NCBI GenBank assembly: GCA_038046765.1
Contig: JBBSVN010000006.1
Coordinates: 1 to 64,000, forward strand
From: Candidatus Micrarchaeota archaeon
GTDB taxonomy: Archaea > Micrarchaeota > Micrarchaeia > Anstonellales > Bilamarchaeaceae
Direction of reading: 5' to 3'
DNA length: 64,000 nucleotides
A model generated the notes under the pieces. That model was not told the DNA's origin, searched no databases, and saw nothing but the letters and a program-made list of their open reading frames with translations. Positions within the stretch are counted from its first letter, which is position 1; each line of letters begins with the position of its first letter. Below, one piece after another: positions 18,811 to 28,407 of this stretch. The position numbers were made by a program, and so were the translations under genes.

Positions 18811-21573
18811 TTAATTCGTACCCACTTCAATAATTGCTATCTCGTCTTCTGTTAGTCCATAAAGTCCGTAAACTAAGCGATCTATTCTGCGGTTGATCTG
18901 TAAAATTTCTTTATCTAGCTTAGCACGTTCATCAGTATTCTTGTCCCCAATTTCCTCAAATCTCTTTTTCTTTGAAAGCACGTCCTTAACAAGTTCAATA
19001 AGATGGTCGGGACGAACCCCAGATGGGAGCGTTTTAATGGGAAGATTTCGGATGGCTTCTGGGTACACATGCAAATTACTACTAAGAATATGTTTAAAGT
19101 AGAAATTCAAGACTCTCGAGTTAATAAGTGCTAGACAGTAAAGTAAACTGTGCTTTGCAGAGTTTTCGAACATTTTGTCGGAAATCTTTTCCCCCTTTAT
19201 CGTTACATTACGCAGACTATTCCAGGGTACACAAAGACTTACGGTGTCATTTGTATAAAAATGTTCATCATCATACGCCGCTAACAATCCCTCGGATGTA
19301 GATATATTCCGGACAATTAATTTTTCGTTCTCGAAAAGTTCGGGAAATTTAGGTCTATGCATCATGGTAGGCTGATAATTAAGATATAACCCTCTCCAAA
19401 CTATTGAGTATCTCGACATATCCTTGCCTTCTATATAAGGCTTGAATGATTCACTTGTTTTTTTCTCAGATATTAGCCTGTCTTTTGATGCACCTGTTTT
19501 AGAATCGTGAGGTACGGCACCAATAACGATGTAGCATATTTCAGAAAGATTAACGCTCCCATGCGCGATTTTATCAATTAGTCTAATTTTCTTTTCATTC
19601 AGTTCAGTTCTTATTGTGCAACCTGGAGTAGAAAGGAACACGTTCTGTTTTATTGAAACTATATTCGTTCTTTCGAGAGATTCTAAACTTGTAGGTTTCA
19701 CAATCTTTATCGAATTGTTTTCAGCTGGTTTATTCTTCTGCAGAACTAAAACACAGGTATTAATCGCAGCAGCTTCAAAAACCTTAATATCAGACAGGTC
19801 TATTAGTGCGACTATTTTGAAATCATTTAATATCCATTCTCTAAGAATTTTTGAGTAATTTTGATTTAGAAAAGAAAAAGGGATTATAAATGAAAAATAC
19901 CCACCGCTTTTAAGTAATTTTAATGCACGTTCAATAAATAGGATATACAAATCAAATCTACCAAAGAACTTATCATATTTTTTTGATTCTAAGTAATATC
20001 TTCGTTCATTCTTTGGCATATTTTCGGGTCTAACATACGGGGGATTTCCAATTATTACATCAAAACCAGACCCATCTTTCAGTTTACCGTTTTCATCAAA
20101 TTGAATTATTTTACTAAATTCTTTGCTCCAATCAAAAGCCCGTAACCCCGCGACAGCTTGATCCTCAATTAGTGAGTTGCCACATTTTATATTCTCTCTT
20201 AAGTCTGGCAAGCGATGTTTTGTTTCTGCAGCTTTTAGCAGTAGGTTAAGTTGTGCAATTTCAACGGCCTTTAAATCCAAATCTACACCATAGATATTGT
20301 TTTTCAGAATTTTTGTTTTTCTAGTTAACTTTGCAGTTTCATTCTCAACGTCAAGTTTTGTTTGAGCGTAATCCTTCTCCTTCCTTTTGTAATAGCTGTC
20401 TAAGGTGTCGAATGCTTTAAGAAGAAAAGAACCAGAGCCGCATGCCATATCAAGTACTTTAATCGTATCGATGTCATCGGGCTTCTTGTGCTTTAATATT
20501 TCGCCAACTGTATTTTTAACAATATAATCTACTATATCTGTTGGCGTGTAATAAATGCCTTGCTCTTTTCGAGTTGATTGGAGGCGTCCGATATACCTTT
20601 CATACATCGAACCTAGAACATCAGCATCTATGTCATCAAATTTGTAGGAGTATATCTCATCCTTTTCGTATGTCTCCTTTAGTATTTTGTAATAAGTCGC
20701 ACTATCTATTTCAACATATTCACATTCGTGTCTTATTTTAGTATTCGATTCATCATAAGTGAAAAGCTTACTATCATAGATTAAGTCGTATTCCTTGAAC
20801 AGTTTTTTCAGACACTCCATTATGCTTATTGATTTATCTTTTTCATACTGATTTAAGATGGCAAGTATAGTTTCGTCAGGTTTGGCTTCATGTTTTCTAT
20901 CCTCCGCCGTACGAATAAAAATTATTCTATCAAGAAGCGTTTGAACGATTTCTTCCAGTTCTTCTTTTGAGTAATCCTTGCTATTGTTGTTCTTTATAGA
21001 GCTTTTTAGTCTCTGATGCCAGCCCCAGATATCATTGAGGAGTTCGTCATCTATTTTAACGGTTTTTTTTACCCTTCCTTCATCCTGAGCCTTTTTTTCG
21101 ATAAGATCGGTTTGGAAAGCTTCTTTTGAAATAAGAAGCAAATCATCCAAACGATGCTGTAATTCTGAATATGGGAACCGTCTAAAAACATGCTTCAGAA
21201 TAGAGGTCTCCTTAGTATCACATATAAGGATAATGGTTTCTTTGAAATTGGAAAGTACGGCCCACCTTTTATTTTTTGCTCGGCCATAATTTACCGCTTG
21301 TTTGAGATCTTTCTCAGTTAATTCTTGCACTTTTTTTGTTTCAAGAAAAAATGAAATATTCCCGTTCAAATAAAAAATATAATCTGGTCGACCATCCGGT
21401 TGGTTTACTTGCTCCTTTACTTCATTTAAATCACGGAAGTTCCAGCCTAATTGCGAAAAAAGCGGCTCGATATATACCCGGCAAACATCTCTCTCTGACT
21501 TTGGCTGATTCTGATTTTTGATAAAGTCTTCGGAAAGAAACTGAATTTCCTTCAAAAGAGATTCTTTATCCAT
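18811..21573 (-). CDS. Type IIG (Eco57I-like) fused restriction-modification enzyme
   Basis: N-terminal PD...ETK nuclease (HsdR_N-like), GIYYTP, LDMACGSGSFL, VIIGNPPY and a TaqI-like C-terminal TRD. Confidence 0.92.
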   Translation of the reverse strand: MDKESLLKEIQFLSEDFIKNQNQPKSERDVCRVYIEPLFSQLGWNFRDLNEVKEQVNQPDGRPDYIFYLNGNISFFLETKKVQELTEKDLKQAVNYGRAKNKRWAVLSNFKETIILICDTKETSILKHVFRRFPYSELQHRLDDLLLISKEAFQTDLIEKKAQDEGRVKKTVKIDDELLNDIWGWHQRLKSSIKNNNSKDYSKEELEEIVQTLLDRIIFIRTAEDRKHEAKPDETILAILNQYEKDKSISIMECLKKLFKEYDLIYDSKLFTYDESNTKIRHECEYVEIDSATYYKILKETYEKDEIYSYKFDDIDADVLGSMYERYIGRLQSTRKEQGIYYTPTDIVDYIVKNTVGEILKHKKPDDIDTIKVLDMACGSGSFLLKAFDTLDSYYKRKEKDYAQTKLDVENETAKLTRKTKILKNNIYGVDLDLKAVEIAQLNLLLKAAETKHRLPDLRENIKCGNSLIEDQAVAGLRAFDWSKEFSKIIQFDENGKLKDGSGFDVIIGNPPYVRPENMPKNERRYYLESKKYDKFFGRFDLYILFIERALKLLKSGGYFSFIIPFSFLNQNYSKILREWILNDFKIVALIDLSDIKVFEAAAINTCVLVLQKNKPAENNSIKIVKPTSLESLERTNIVSIKQNVFLSTPGCTIRTELNEKKIRLIDKIAHGSVNLSEICYIVIGAVPHDSKTGASKDRLISEKKTSESFKPYIEGKDMSRYSIVWRGLYLNYQPTMMHRPKFPELFENEKLIVRNISTSEGLLAAYDDEHFYTNDTVSLCVPWNSLRNVTIKGEKISDKMFENSAKHSLLYCLALINSRVLNFYFKHILSSNLHVYPEAIRNLPIKTLPSGVRPDHLIELVKDVLSKKKRFEEIGDKNTDERAKLDKEILQINRRIDRLVYGLYGLTEDEIAIIEVGTN

Positions 21574-21602
21574 GCGAAAAACACCAGTTTACAATTTTTA
21601 TC

Positions 21603-22199
21603 TTATAATAACGCCAATTTCCCAGCTAATGTTATATGAAATTCTTTATCTACATATCCGTTATCTTTTAACTCTTTTAAATGTTGGTAAAGCATACCTC
21701 GCGTTCGTTCTAGCTTTTTGGCGATATCTGATATTGACTTATTCCCTCGTTTAGAAATTTCTTCAAGCAATTCACGCTTAATTGAGCTTAATCCAAAACT
21801 TAATTTAGGCAATTCAATTATTGAATTATTTTCAAGGTTATTGCAAATTATCTTTTCAACAAGTTCAGGTCTTGCATAGCAACCGTAAAGTACACCCTGA
21901 GCAAGTAATTTCCAACCGCCAGAAACATTAACGATTATTTTATTTTCTTTGTTTTCTTCTATAAGTTCAATAGTTTTAGATGCGATTTCAAGGAAATCCG
22001 AACCTTTAACTTTAACGATTACAATTTCGGAGACCTTTCCATAAACTTCTTTCACTTTAGATATGTCTTGGTTTACCTTTTCGTTCTTTAGACTATCCTC
22101 AGCTACGATCAATATCATCTTAGATGGTGAAAATGCATGCGCTGCAGCCACAAAGGGTTGGAATGAATAAAATGTCGATATAAGCACTGTGTCCGTCAT
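21603..22199 (-). CDS. CARF-like (Csa3/DUF6293-type) domain plus C-terminal wHTH regulator
   Basis: Rossmann-like VLISTF...MILIV...IIVNVSGGWK motif, then SISDIAKKLERTRGMLYQHLKELKDNGYV wHTH. Confidence 0.78.
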   Translation of the reverse strand: MTDTVLISTFYSFQPFVAAAHAFSPSKMILIVAEDSLKNEKVNQDISKVKEVYGKVSEIVIVKVKGSDFLEIASKTIELIEENKENKIIVNVSGGWKLLAQGVLYGCYARPELVEKIICNNLENNSIIELPKLSFGLSSIKRELLEEISKRGNKSISDIAKKLERTRGMLYQHLKELKDNGYVDKEFHITLAGKLALL

Positions 22200-23206
22200 A
22201 ATAATCGCCTTACTTCTTTCTCAAGTTCCTCTTTAGTTGGTAAGTATAATTTGTATTTCGAAATAAATAACTTGTTCGACATACCCGCAGTTGCAAATTC
22301 TACATGGACATTCTCTTTTTCGGTGCATAGGATAATTCCAATTGGTTCAGAATCATTTTCCTTGTTTATCTCTTTTTTCACGTAATTTAAGTAAAAATTC
22401 AATTGCCCCGCGTATTCTGGCTTAAAATTTCCAATCTTTAATTCAATAACTACGTAACATCTAAGATAAATATTGTAAAAAAGAAGGTCGATATAAAAAT
22501 GTTCATTAGCTAGTGTAATTCTTTTTTGCCTGGCTACAAAACTAAACCCCTGTCCAAGTTCAAGGAGAAATTTTTGAAGGTCGTTAAGTATTCTGCCTTC
22601 TAAATCCTTTTCAGCATATTCATGTTTTTCATCCAAATTTAGAAACTCTAGAACGTAAGGGTCTTTTATCAAATCCCCAGGCTTATCTGCAACACTGCCT
22701 TTTGAATCTAGTTTCATCAAAGCGGCTTTATCTTTGCTTAATAAGAGCCTTTCATAATGTAGGGAATAAATCTGTCTTTTTAGCTCTCTTACGCTTAAGT
22801 TTTCAGTTATTGCGTATTTTTCAAAGTATCTTCTTTTTAGTTCTTCATCTATTTTTATTAGTTCACAATAATGTGACCAAGTCAATTTAGGAGACACTGT
22901 CTCCCAATTTTGGTAAACAGAATAAAATCGCCTCATTTTACGAAGGTTGCTTGGGTCAAAACCCTTCCCAAATTCCCTATAAAGTTCTTTAGAAACAGTT
23001 TCAAGTAATTGTTCCCCATAAGCGGCTCTTTCCTCTCCTTTTTGTTCTTCTTCGACAATTTTTCTTCCTATTTCAAAATAAGCTTTTAGCATTTCTGTAT
23101 TGACTGCATAGAATGAATTATGACGTGCATTGTTTAGGATAATTTTAATGTCACGAATTAAAGAACCTACATTGTTTGAGGAAAAACTTCTTTCAGATTT
23201 TAGCAT
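22196..23206 (-). CDS. yhcG: YhcG/DUF1016 PD-(D/E)xK nuclease family protein
   Basis: LTWSHY, IKDPYVLEFL, FLLELGQGFSFVARQ, IDLLFY and IELK motifs; likely ATG at 23206. Confidence 0.92.
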   Translation of the reverse strand: MLKSERSFSSNNVGSLIRDIKIILNNARHNSFYAVNTEMLKAYFEIGRKIVEEEQKGEERAAYGEQLLETVSKELYREFGKGFDPSNLRKMRRFYSVYQNWETVSPKLTWSHYCELIKIDEELKRRYFEKYAITENLSVRELKRQIYSLHYERLLLSKDKAALMKLDSKGSVADKPGDLIKDPYVLEFLNLDEKHEYAEKDLEGRILNDLQKFLLELGQGFSFVARQKRITLANEHFYIDLLFYNIYLRCYVVIELKIGNFKPEYAGQLNFYLNYVKKEINKENDSEPIGIILCTEKENVHVEFATAGMSNKLFISKYKLYLPTKEELEKEVRRLL

Positions 23207-23276
23207 ATCTTCATTTAATATAGTTAAGCTTTTAATTCTTCTTGTACATAAAAACACTATACATTCTAGTTGAAAG

Positions 23277-23960
23277 ATGAAAAATATGTTTAAAGCAGTA
23301 CTTTTTGATTTAGATAATACTTTAATAGATTTCCTAACCTTCAAAAAGGAAACTGCAAAAGCAGCAGCTAAGGCAATGGTTGAACAAGGTTTGCCATTAA
23401 GCGAAGTTCAGGCTTATGGAAAAATATTCTCTGTTTATGATGAAAAAGGAATTGAATACCAGAAAACATTTTATGAAGTTGTAAAACCTTTTAATCTGGA
23501 AATAAACCAAGCAGAAAAAATCCAGCAAGCTGCGATTATCGCTTACTTGAAACGAAAATTTGAAATTTTAAGACCTTATTCGATGGTTAAACCAACACTA
23601 AAAAAATTAAGAGAAAAAGGTCTGAAGCTTGGAATTGTTACTGATGCACCAAGAAATAAAGCTTGGCAGAGACTAGTTATTACAAACTTAGAAAACGAAT
23701 TTGATTTTGTAATTACACATGATGATACGATGGAGAAAAAACCACATCCAACACCATTTTATTTAGCTTTACAGAAACTTAATTTATTAGCTCCAGCTTG
23801 TTTATTTGTTGGAGATAATCCAGAAAGGGATATTAAAGGAGCAGAGGAAATAGGAATGAAAACATGCTTAGCTAAGTACGGATTATGGAATAAACAAAAC
23901 GAAGTGAGAGCGGATTATGATATTGAGAAATTTGAAGATTTGATAGGAGTGGTTGTATGA
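23277..23960 (+). CDS. HAD-superfamily hydrolase
   Basis: FDLDNTL, IVTD, KKPHP and FVGDNPERDI motifs. Confidence 0.93.
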   Translation: MKNMFKAVLFDLDNTLIDFLTFKKETAKAAAKAMVEQGLPLSEVQAYGKIFSVYDEKGIEYQKTFYEVVKPFNLEINQAEKIQQAAIIAYLKRKFEILRPYSMVKPTLKKLREKGLKLGIVTDAPRNKAWQRLVITNLENEFDFVITHDDTMEKKPHPTPFYLALQKLNLLAPACLFVGDNPERDIKGAEEIGMKTCLAKYGLWNKQNEVRADYDIEKFEDLIGVVV

Positions 23961-24976
23961 TTGAAAAAAAATATTGGGCTATTTCTGCATCGGAAGGTGA
24001 TGAAAGAGACTTTTCAGAGATATTTTTTGACTTCGGAATTGCTTGTCTTGGTGGCAAGAATCAAAAGGAAATTGCAAAAAAAGTAAATGCAGGCGATTTA
24101 TTAGTTTTGAAAAAAAGCCGTGGGGATGGAACGTTTTTAATTCAGGCCATTGGTAGAATAATTAAAGCTTTTTCTCTAAACTCTTCTTTTGATGATGTTG
24201 AAGGTTGGAACCTAGACTTTGTTGCTGAGGTTGAATGGTATGCCTCTGGCACTGATGCTCCGGTAGAAGGCCTAAAACAGGGAACAATTTTTTCTATTAA
24301 TAAGGACTCTCCAAAACAGATAGCCGAAAACATTCTTGCACAGGGAAATCGCATTATTCAAAAAAACAAACTTTCAAATCTTCCGAACATTAAATTTCTG
24401 GAGCAGGAAAAACTTTTGAGTTTTTTAATCCAAAATGGATTGAGTTCAACTTATGCTGAGAACTTATCCAGTGCTATAAACCGAGTTAAAAGATTGGCGC
24501 TTTACTATAATGACATTTTAGATAAAAATGATTATAGAAAAGAACACTTACCAACAGAAGACGAAACGCGTGCCTTTCTAGTATTGCCTTTGTTGTTTTC
24601 TTTGGGCTGGTCTGAACAACGCATTCGATTAGAAATAAAAACCGACAAAGGTGGAGAAGTGGATATTGCACTTTACAAAAAACCTCACGAACTAGGAGAT
24701 TCTATTGCCCCCTATGCGATCATTGAAGTTAAGAGGCTTACAAAAGGTTTAGAAAGAGCAAAGAAGCAAGTAATGAATTATTTTGAATGCTATCCTAGTT
24801 GCAAAAGATGTATAGTAACCAACGGATTTTCATATAAAGTATGGGAACGAGGAAAGCCAGATTTTACTGCTTACTTGAATATAACCAAGATGCTTGATGG
24901 CTATCGTTTTAAGGGTGGCGTTGGTGGCGCCCAAGAAGTTTTCAGGGCATTATTACCCCCAGAGTATTCTGAGTGA
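23957..24976 (+). CDS. Putative restriction nuclease: N-terminal PUA/EVE-like domain plus HsdR_N-like PD-(D/E)xK domain
   Basis: N-terminus YWAIS...VNAGDLLVLK...IQAIGRI...VEW; C-terminus TEDETR...PLLFSLGW...VDIALY...IIEVKR...IVTNG. Confidence 0.65.
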   Translation: MIEKKYWAISASEGDERDFSEIFFDFGIACLGGKNQKEIAKKVNAGDLLVLKKSRGDGTFLIQAIGRIIKAFSLNSSFDDVEGWNLDFVAEVEWYASGTDAPVEGLKQGTIFSINKDSPKQIAENILAQGNRIIQKNKLSNLPNIKFLEQEKLLSFLIQNGLSSTYAENLSSAINRVKRLALYYNDILDKNDYRKEHLPTEDETRAFLVLPLLFSLGWSEQRIRLEIKTDKGGEVDIALYKKPHELGDSIAPYAIIEVKRLTKGLERAKKQVMNYFECYPSCKRCIVTNGFSYKVWERGKPDFTAYLNITKMLDGYRFKGGVGGAQEVFRALLPPEYSE

Positions 24977-26436
24977 TGTTTATGGTCTCAATAACAGGTT
25001 ACGGCGGAGTTAACGAAATAGGCGGAAACAAGTTCGTCATTCAGGATGAAAAATCCAAAATAATGCTTGACTTTGGTTTAAGCTTTGGAACAGCAAATAA
25101 ATACCTTGATGAATACCTCCAACCAAGAAAACTAAATGGTCTAGGAGATTACTATGAATTAGGTCTTCTTCCGCAATTAAAAGGAATTTACCGTGAAGAT
25201 TACATTAAGCACATGGGAAACCCGGAAGAACCTTTGGAATACGATGCATTATTCTTAACTCACGCTCATGCTGACCATGCTTCTTATGTTCATTTTCTAA
25301 GAGCTGATTTGCCGATTTACGGCTCCCCAGAAACTCTAGCAATAATGAAAAGCATTGAGGATACTGGTTCAACTGCAAACCTTGACTTAATCACATTAAC
25401 AAAAAGTTTTCAGCAGGGAAAAACCAGAGATGGAAGACCAAAAAGATTAGATGCAAGAGAACCTGGAATGATTGTTAAAAGGCCAATAAACAAAATGAAC
25501 GGAAAGGTAAACATCGGAGATTTTGAAATAGAATCAATAACTGTAAATCATTCTCTTTTAGGTGCTACTGCATTTGTAATAAAAAATCCAAAAGGAGATA
25601 TAGCATTTAGCGGAGATGTAAGATTTCATGGGAGAGGGGGGCATTTTACAGAAAATTTTGTCAAAAAAGCAAGGAACGTAAAATATCTAATGATTGAAGG
25701 AACAAGAATCGATAAACAGGATACTAAATCAGAGGTACAAGTTGAAGCTGAAATCCGTTCGATTATAAGAAATACAAAAGGTTTGGTTTTAGCAAACTGG
25801 CCTTCTAGAGATACGGATAGACTCTGGTCTTTTTACAATGCAACAGTACAGAACGATCGGAAATTAGTTATTTCATCAAAACAGGCTTATTTAATTGAAG
25901 AGCTTGCAAAAGAAGGAGCTGATGTTCCAAACATAAATAGCGACCATATTCGAATATTTGTCTCAAGAAAATACTGGGGATTTTTAGGGAGCAGTGCCAG
26001 CAAAGAAGAAATAGAAAAAGATTATGCATATGCAAAATGGGAAATTCCTTATCTTTATCATAAAAATATGGTAAGTTACAAAGAACTAAAAAATGACTAT
26101 TCCAAGTATGTTTTAAGGGCCGATCTATTTGATATGACGGAATTAATTGATATCAAACCACCAGAAAATTCAATTTACATCAGGTCAGTCGTTGAACCTT
26201 TTGATGATGAAATGAAAGTTTCAGAAGAAAAATTAGGTAACTGGTTAAAGCATTTCAAATTAGAAAAAGTGCAAACCCATTGTTCAGGTCATGCTCCAGG
26301 CCCCGATCTCTTAAGAATTGTTGATGAAATTAACCCAGAATTTGTAATCCCAATACATACGACTCACCCGGAAAAGTTCAGAGACTTAGGTCCAAAATGG
26401 ATTAACCCGGAAGTTGGAAAGAAGATTGAAATTTAG
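24973..26436 (+). CDS. MBL-fold/beta-CASP nuclease (RNase J-like, defence-island type)
   Basis: GGVNEIGGN, LDFG, THAHADH, NHS, SGD, IEGT, HCSGH and PIHT motifs. Confidence 0.85.
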   Translation: MMFMVSITGYGGVNEIGGNKFVIQDEKSKIMLDFGLSFGTANKYLDEYLQPRKLNGLGDYYELGLLPQLKGIYREDYIKHMGNPEEPLEYDALFLTHAHADHASYVHFLRADLPIYGSPETLAIMKSIEDTGSTANLDLITLTKSFQQGKTRDGRPKRLDAREPGMIVKRPINKMNGKVNIGDFEIESITVNHSLLGATAFVIKNPKGDIAFSGDVRFHGRGGHFTENFVKKARNVKYLMIEGTRIDKQDTKSEVQVEAEIRSIIRNTKGLVLANWPSRDTDRLWSFYNATVQNDRKLVISSKQAYLIEELAKEGADVPNINSDHIRIFVSRKYWGFLGSSASKEEIEKDYAYAKWEIPYLYHKNMVSYKELKNDYSKYVLRADLFDMTELIDIKPPENSIYIRSVVEPFDDEMKVSEEKLGNWLKHFKLEKVQTHCSGHAPGPDLLRIVDEINPEFVIPIHTTHPEKFRDLGPKWINPEVGKKIEI

Positions 26437-26709
26437 TATCTTTGATCAAAGCTACAATCCAAAGGTGCTGATTCTAATACACTTGCAAAGAACCAAAATA
26501 CTTCAAAGATATACCTACTGTTTTGAAAATAACGAAAAATGTGCAATACTAGATATATGGTCTAATATTTATGTAAATATTCACTTATTTATCATACAAA
26601 TGGTATTTTTTTATTTTCCATTCCACTGTACTAAAATCTAAGTTTTATAATCTTGCTATAGATTTTTAATCAGTTCTTATATTATATAATAGTATTAACA
26701 GGTTGTAAA

Positions 26710-26949
26710 ATGGTCAATGAAACACCAGTGGGTAAATCCGAGACGAGAAGCGAACGCTTCAAACGGGTAGCTGAAAAAAGGACGCGAAAAATTCTCAATG
26801 AAATTCGTATCTTAAGTAATTGTTCAAATCGTTCAGTGTATGAGTATACTGAAGATGACCTAAACAAAATATTCGGAGCAATCGACGAAGCAGTTAAACA
26901 AGCAAAATCAAAATTTTCAGGTGATAAAAAAATAGAATTTAAACTTTAG
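26710..26949 (+). CDS. Small helical hypothetical protein
   Basis: 79 aa, ETRSERFKRVAEKRT...LSNCSNRSVYEY; first gene of the co-oriented TGT-TIR cluster. Confidence 0.75.
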   Translation: MVNETPVGKSETRSERFKRVAEKRTRKILNEIRILSNCSNRSVYEYTEDDLNKIFGAIDEAVKQAKSKFSGDKKIEFKL

Positions 26950-26985
26950 AATACATCGAGCATTCATCGCTGCGCTAACAGCATC

Positions 26986-27990
26986 GTGCTCGAAGATTCA
27001 GTGATATATATGTCCTATCCCGCAATGTATAAAAATCTTAGTATTAGTAATTCCGAAGAACTAGTAGATGTTTCGTTGTCACTTCCTAAAGCGTTGGTAC
27101 CCGTTATAAAATTAACCGAAATTAGTACCTATTCTCCTTGGGATCATATAAATTGCCAAGCTGTTTTTGTTCGCATGCAAGATTTATTACAAAACAATGG
27201 CAAAAATTTCAATAAGACCTACGAAAAAATTTGCAATGCAGATGGATTCCATAATTTTCTTGGATATAATCGCAAGATCTTCCTTTCAACAATAATGCGT
27301 GACAAGACCTTGTTTGGTTGTAGCGTTGACATGTATACTGAACTTATTCGTAATCTCAAGCCAGATTATTTTATGACTTTGGATTGTGAAACTTATGAAG
27401 GAGAAAATAACCTTGCTGAAAACGAACTTTATCGGGTACTTCGAGAATCAAAGGAAATCATAACTAAATGCAGTAACAGTTCCCCCATCGGTTTAGTCAA
27501 GGGTGCGTGTTTATCTCAAATTCAAGAGTATTCGTATGCCTTATCACTCATGAATATAAAACAAATGATATTCCATATCGGTGATTTTTTGTATCGTGGT
27601 GATAATCTAATGATTGAAAAGGCTCGTCGATATGCAAGTACTATTAGAACTAATTGTGAAACTCTTGCTTTGTATGGAATTGGCTCGCAATGTCATTTCA
27701 GAAAATTCTACTTTGCAGATGCATTCATAACTCAAAGTCATTATGTAAATGCATTTTATGGGCAGGCGTTCTTTAATGGTAAATGGCATCCCTGCCATCG
27801 TAAAGTCGACACAAAACTTATAATGAGTAATCTTCGTGAGATGAATCAATCTCTAGAGGAAATAGATAAACATAAACAAAGAGGATTGATACAATGGGCG
27901 GAGGCACCAGAGCAGATAGACAGTCCTACGCTACTTCCAGACTTGGAGGTGCAGAGGCGCATGCAAAAGACAACAATTTTCGGAGTTTGA
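26986..27990 (+). CDS. tRNA-guanine transglycosylase (TGT)-fold protein with degenerate active site
   Basis: Collinear TGT motifs: LVPV, GFHNFLGYNRKIFLS (cf. GLHxFMGWxGPILTDSGG), DYFMTLD (cf. DIxMxFD), IGLVKG (cf. GIVQG), LYGIG (cf. LMGVG), DAFI (cf. DMFD). Start may be a downstream Met. Confidence 0.72.
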   Translation: MLEDSVIYMSYPAMYKNLSISNSEELVDVSLSLPKALVPVIKLTEISTYSPWDHINCQAVFVRMQDLLQNNGKNFNKTYEKICNADGFHNFLGYNRKIFLSTIMRDKTLFGCSVDMYTELIRNLKPDYFMTLDCETYEGENNLAENELYRVLRESKEIITKCSNSSPIGLVKGACLSQIQEYSYALSLMNIKQMIFHIGDFLYRGDNLMIEKARRYASTIRTNCETLALYGIGSQCHFRKFYFADAFITQSHYVNAFYGQAFFNGKWHPCHRKVDTKLIMSNLREMNQSLEEIDKHKQRGLIQWAEAPEQIDSPTLLPDLEVQRRMQKTTIFGV

Positions 27991-28397
27991 ATAACTACAA
28001 TGAAGGGGTAAAACCAAGAGTTTTTATTAGTTTTCACATTGAAAACGAATCTCAGGTTAATCTTCTAAGGTATCAATCTAAGACTTCAGATAAGCTTGAA
28101 TTTACTGATTACTCTGTTAAAGAACCTTTTGATGAAGCTTGGAAAACACAGTGTACTGAAAGAATACGGCAATCAAGTGTCGTAGTTGTTGTGATAGGTG
28201 AGGAAACTCATACACGGGAAGCGGTTCTCTGGGAGATAAGAAAAGCACATGAGCTAGGTAAACCTGTGATCGGAATGCGCATTCATAGTGATAAAAATCA
28301 TTCAGTTCCAGAACCAATGCTTGAACATGGAGATAAAGTAATTCCATGGAATCTTGATAGACTACAAAACGAGCTCGACAGTCAAGTAAACAACTGA
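27894..28397 (+). CDS. TIR domain protein (ThsB/DUF1863-like) with N-terminal MGGG extension
   Basis: RVFISF, DYSV, IRQSSVVVVVIG and WEI catalytic Glu; GAGG SD at 27881. Confidence 0.88.
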   Translation: MGGGTRADRQSYATSRLGGAEAHAKDNNFRSLNNYNEGVKPRVFISFHIENESQVNLLRYQSKTSDKLEFTDYSVKEPFDEAWKTQCTERIRQSSVVVVVIGEETHTREAVLWEIRKAHELGKPVIGMRIHSDKNHSVPEPMLEHGDKVIPWNLDRLQNELDSQVNN

Positions 28398-28407
28398 GGC
28401 GATTTAA

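Noticed and set aside
21603..22199. CRISPR-Cas locus implied by the Csa3-like gene
   Set aside because: No repeat-spacer array or cas genes seen in the window.
26414..26641. 75-aa ORF after the MBL gene
   Set aside because: TTG start, AT-rich, no motif; probably promoter DNA.
26986..27990. Housekeeping archaeosine/queuine TGT or DpdA modification system
   Set aside because: Catalytic Asp motifs are replaced, and no dpdB-K or que genes are nearby.
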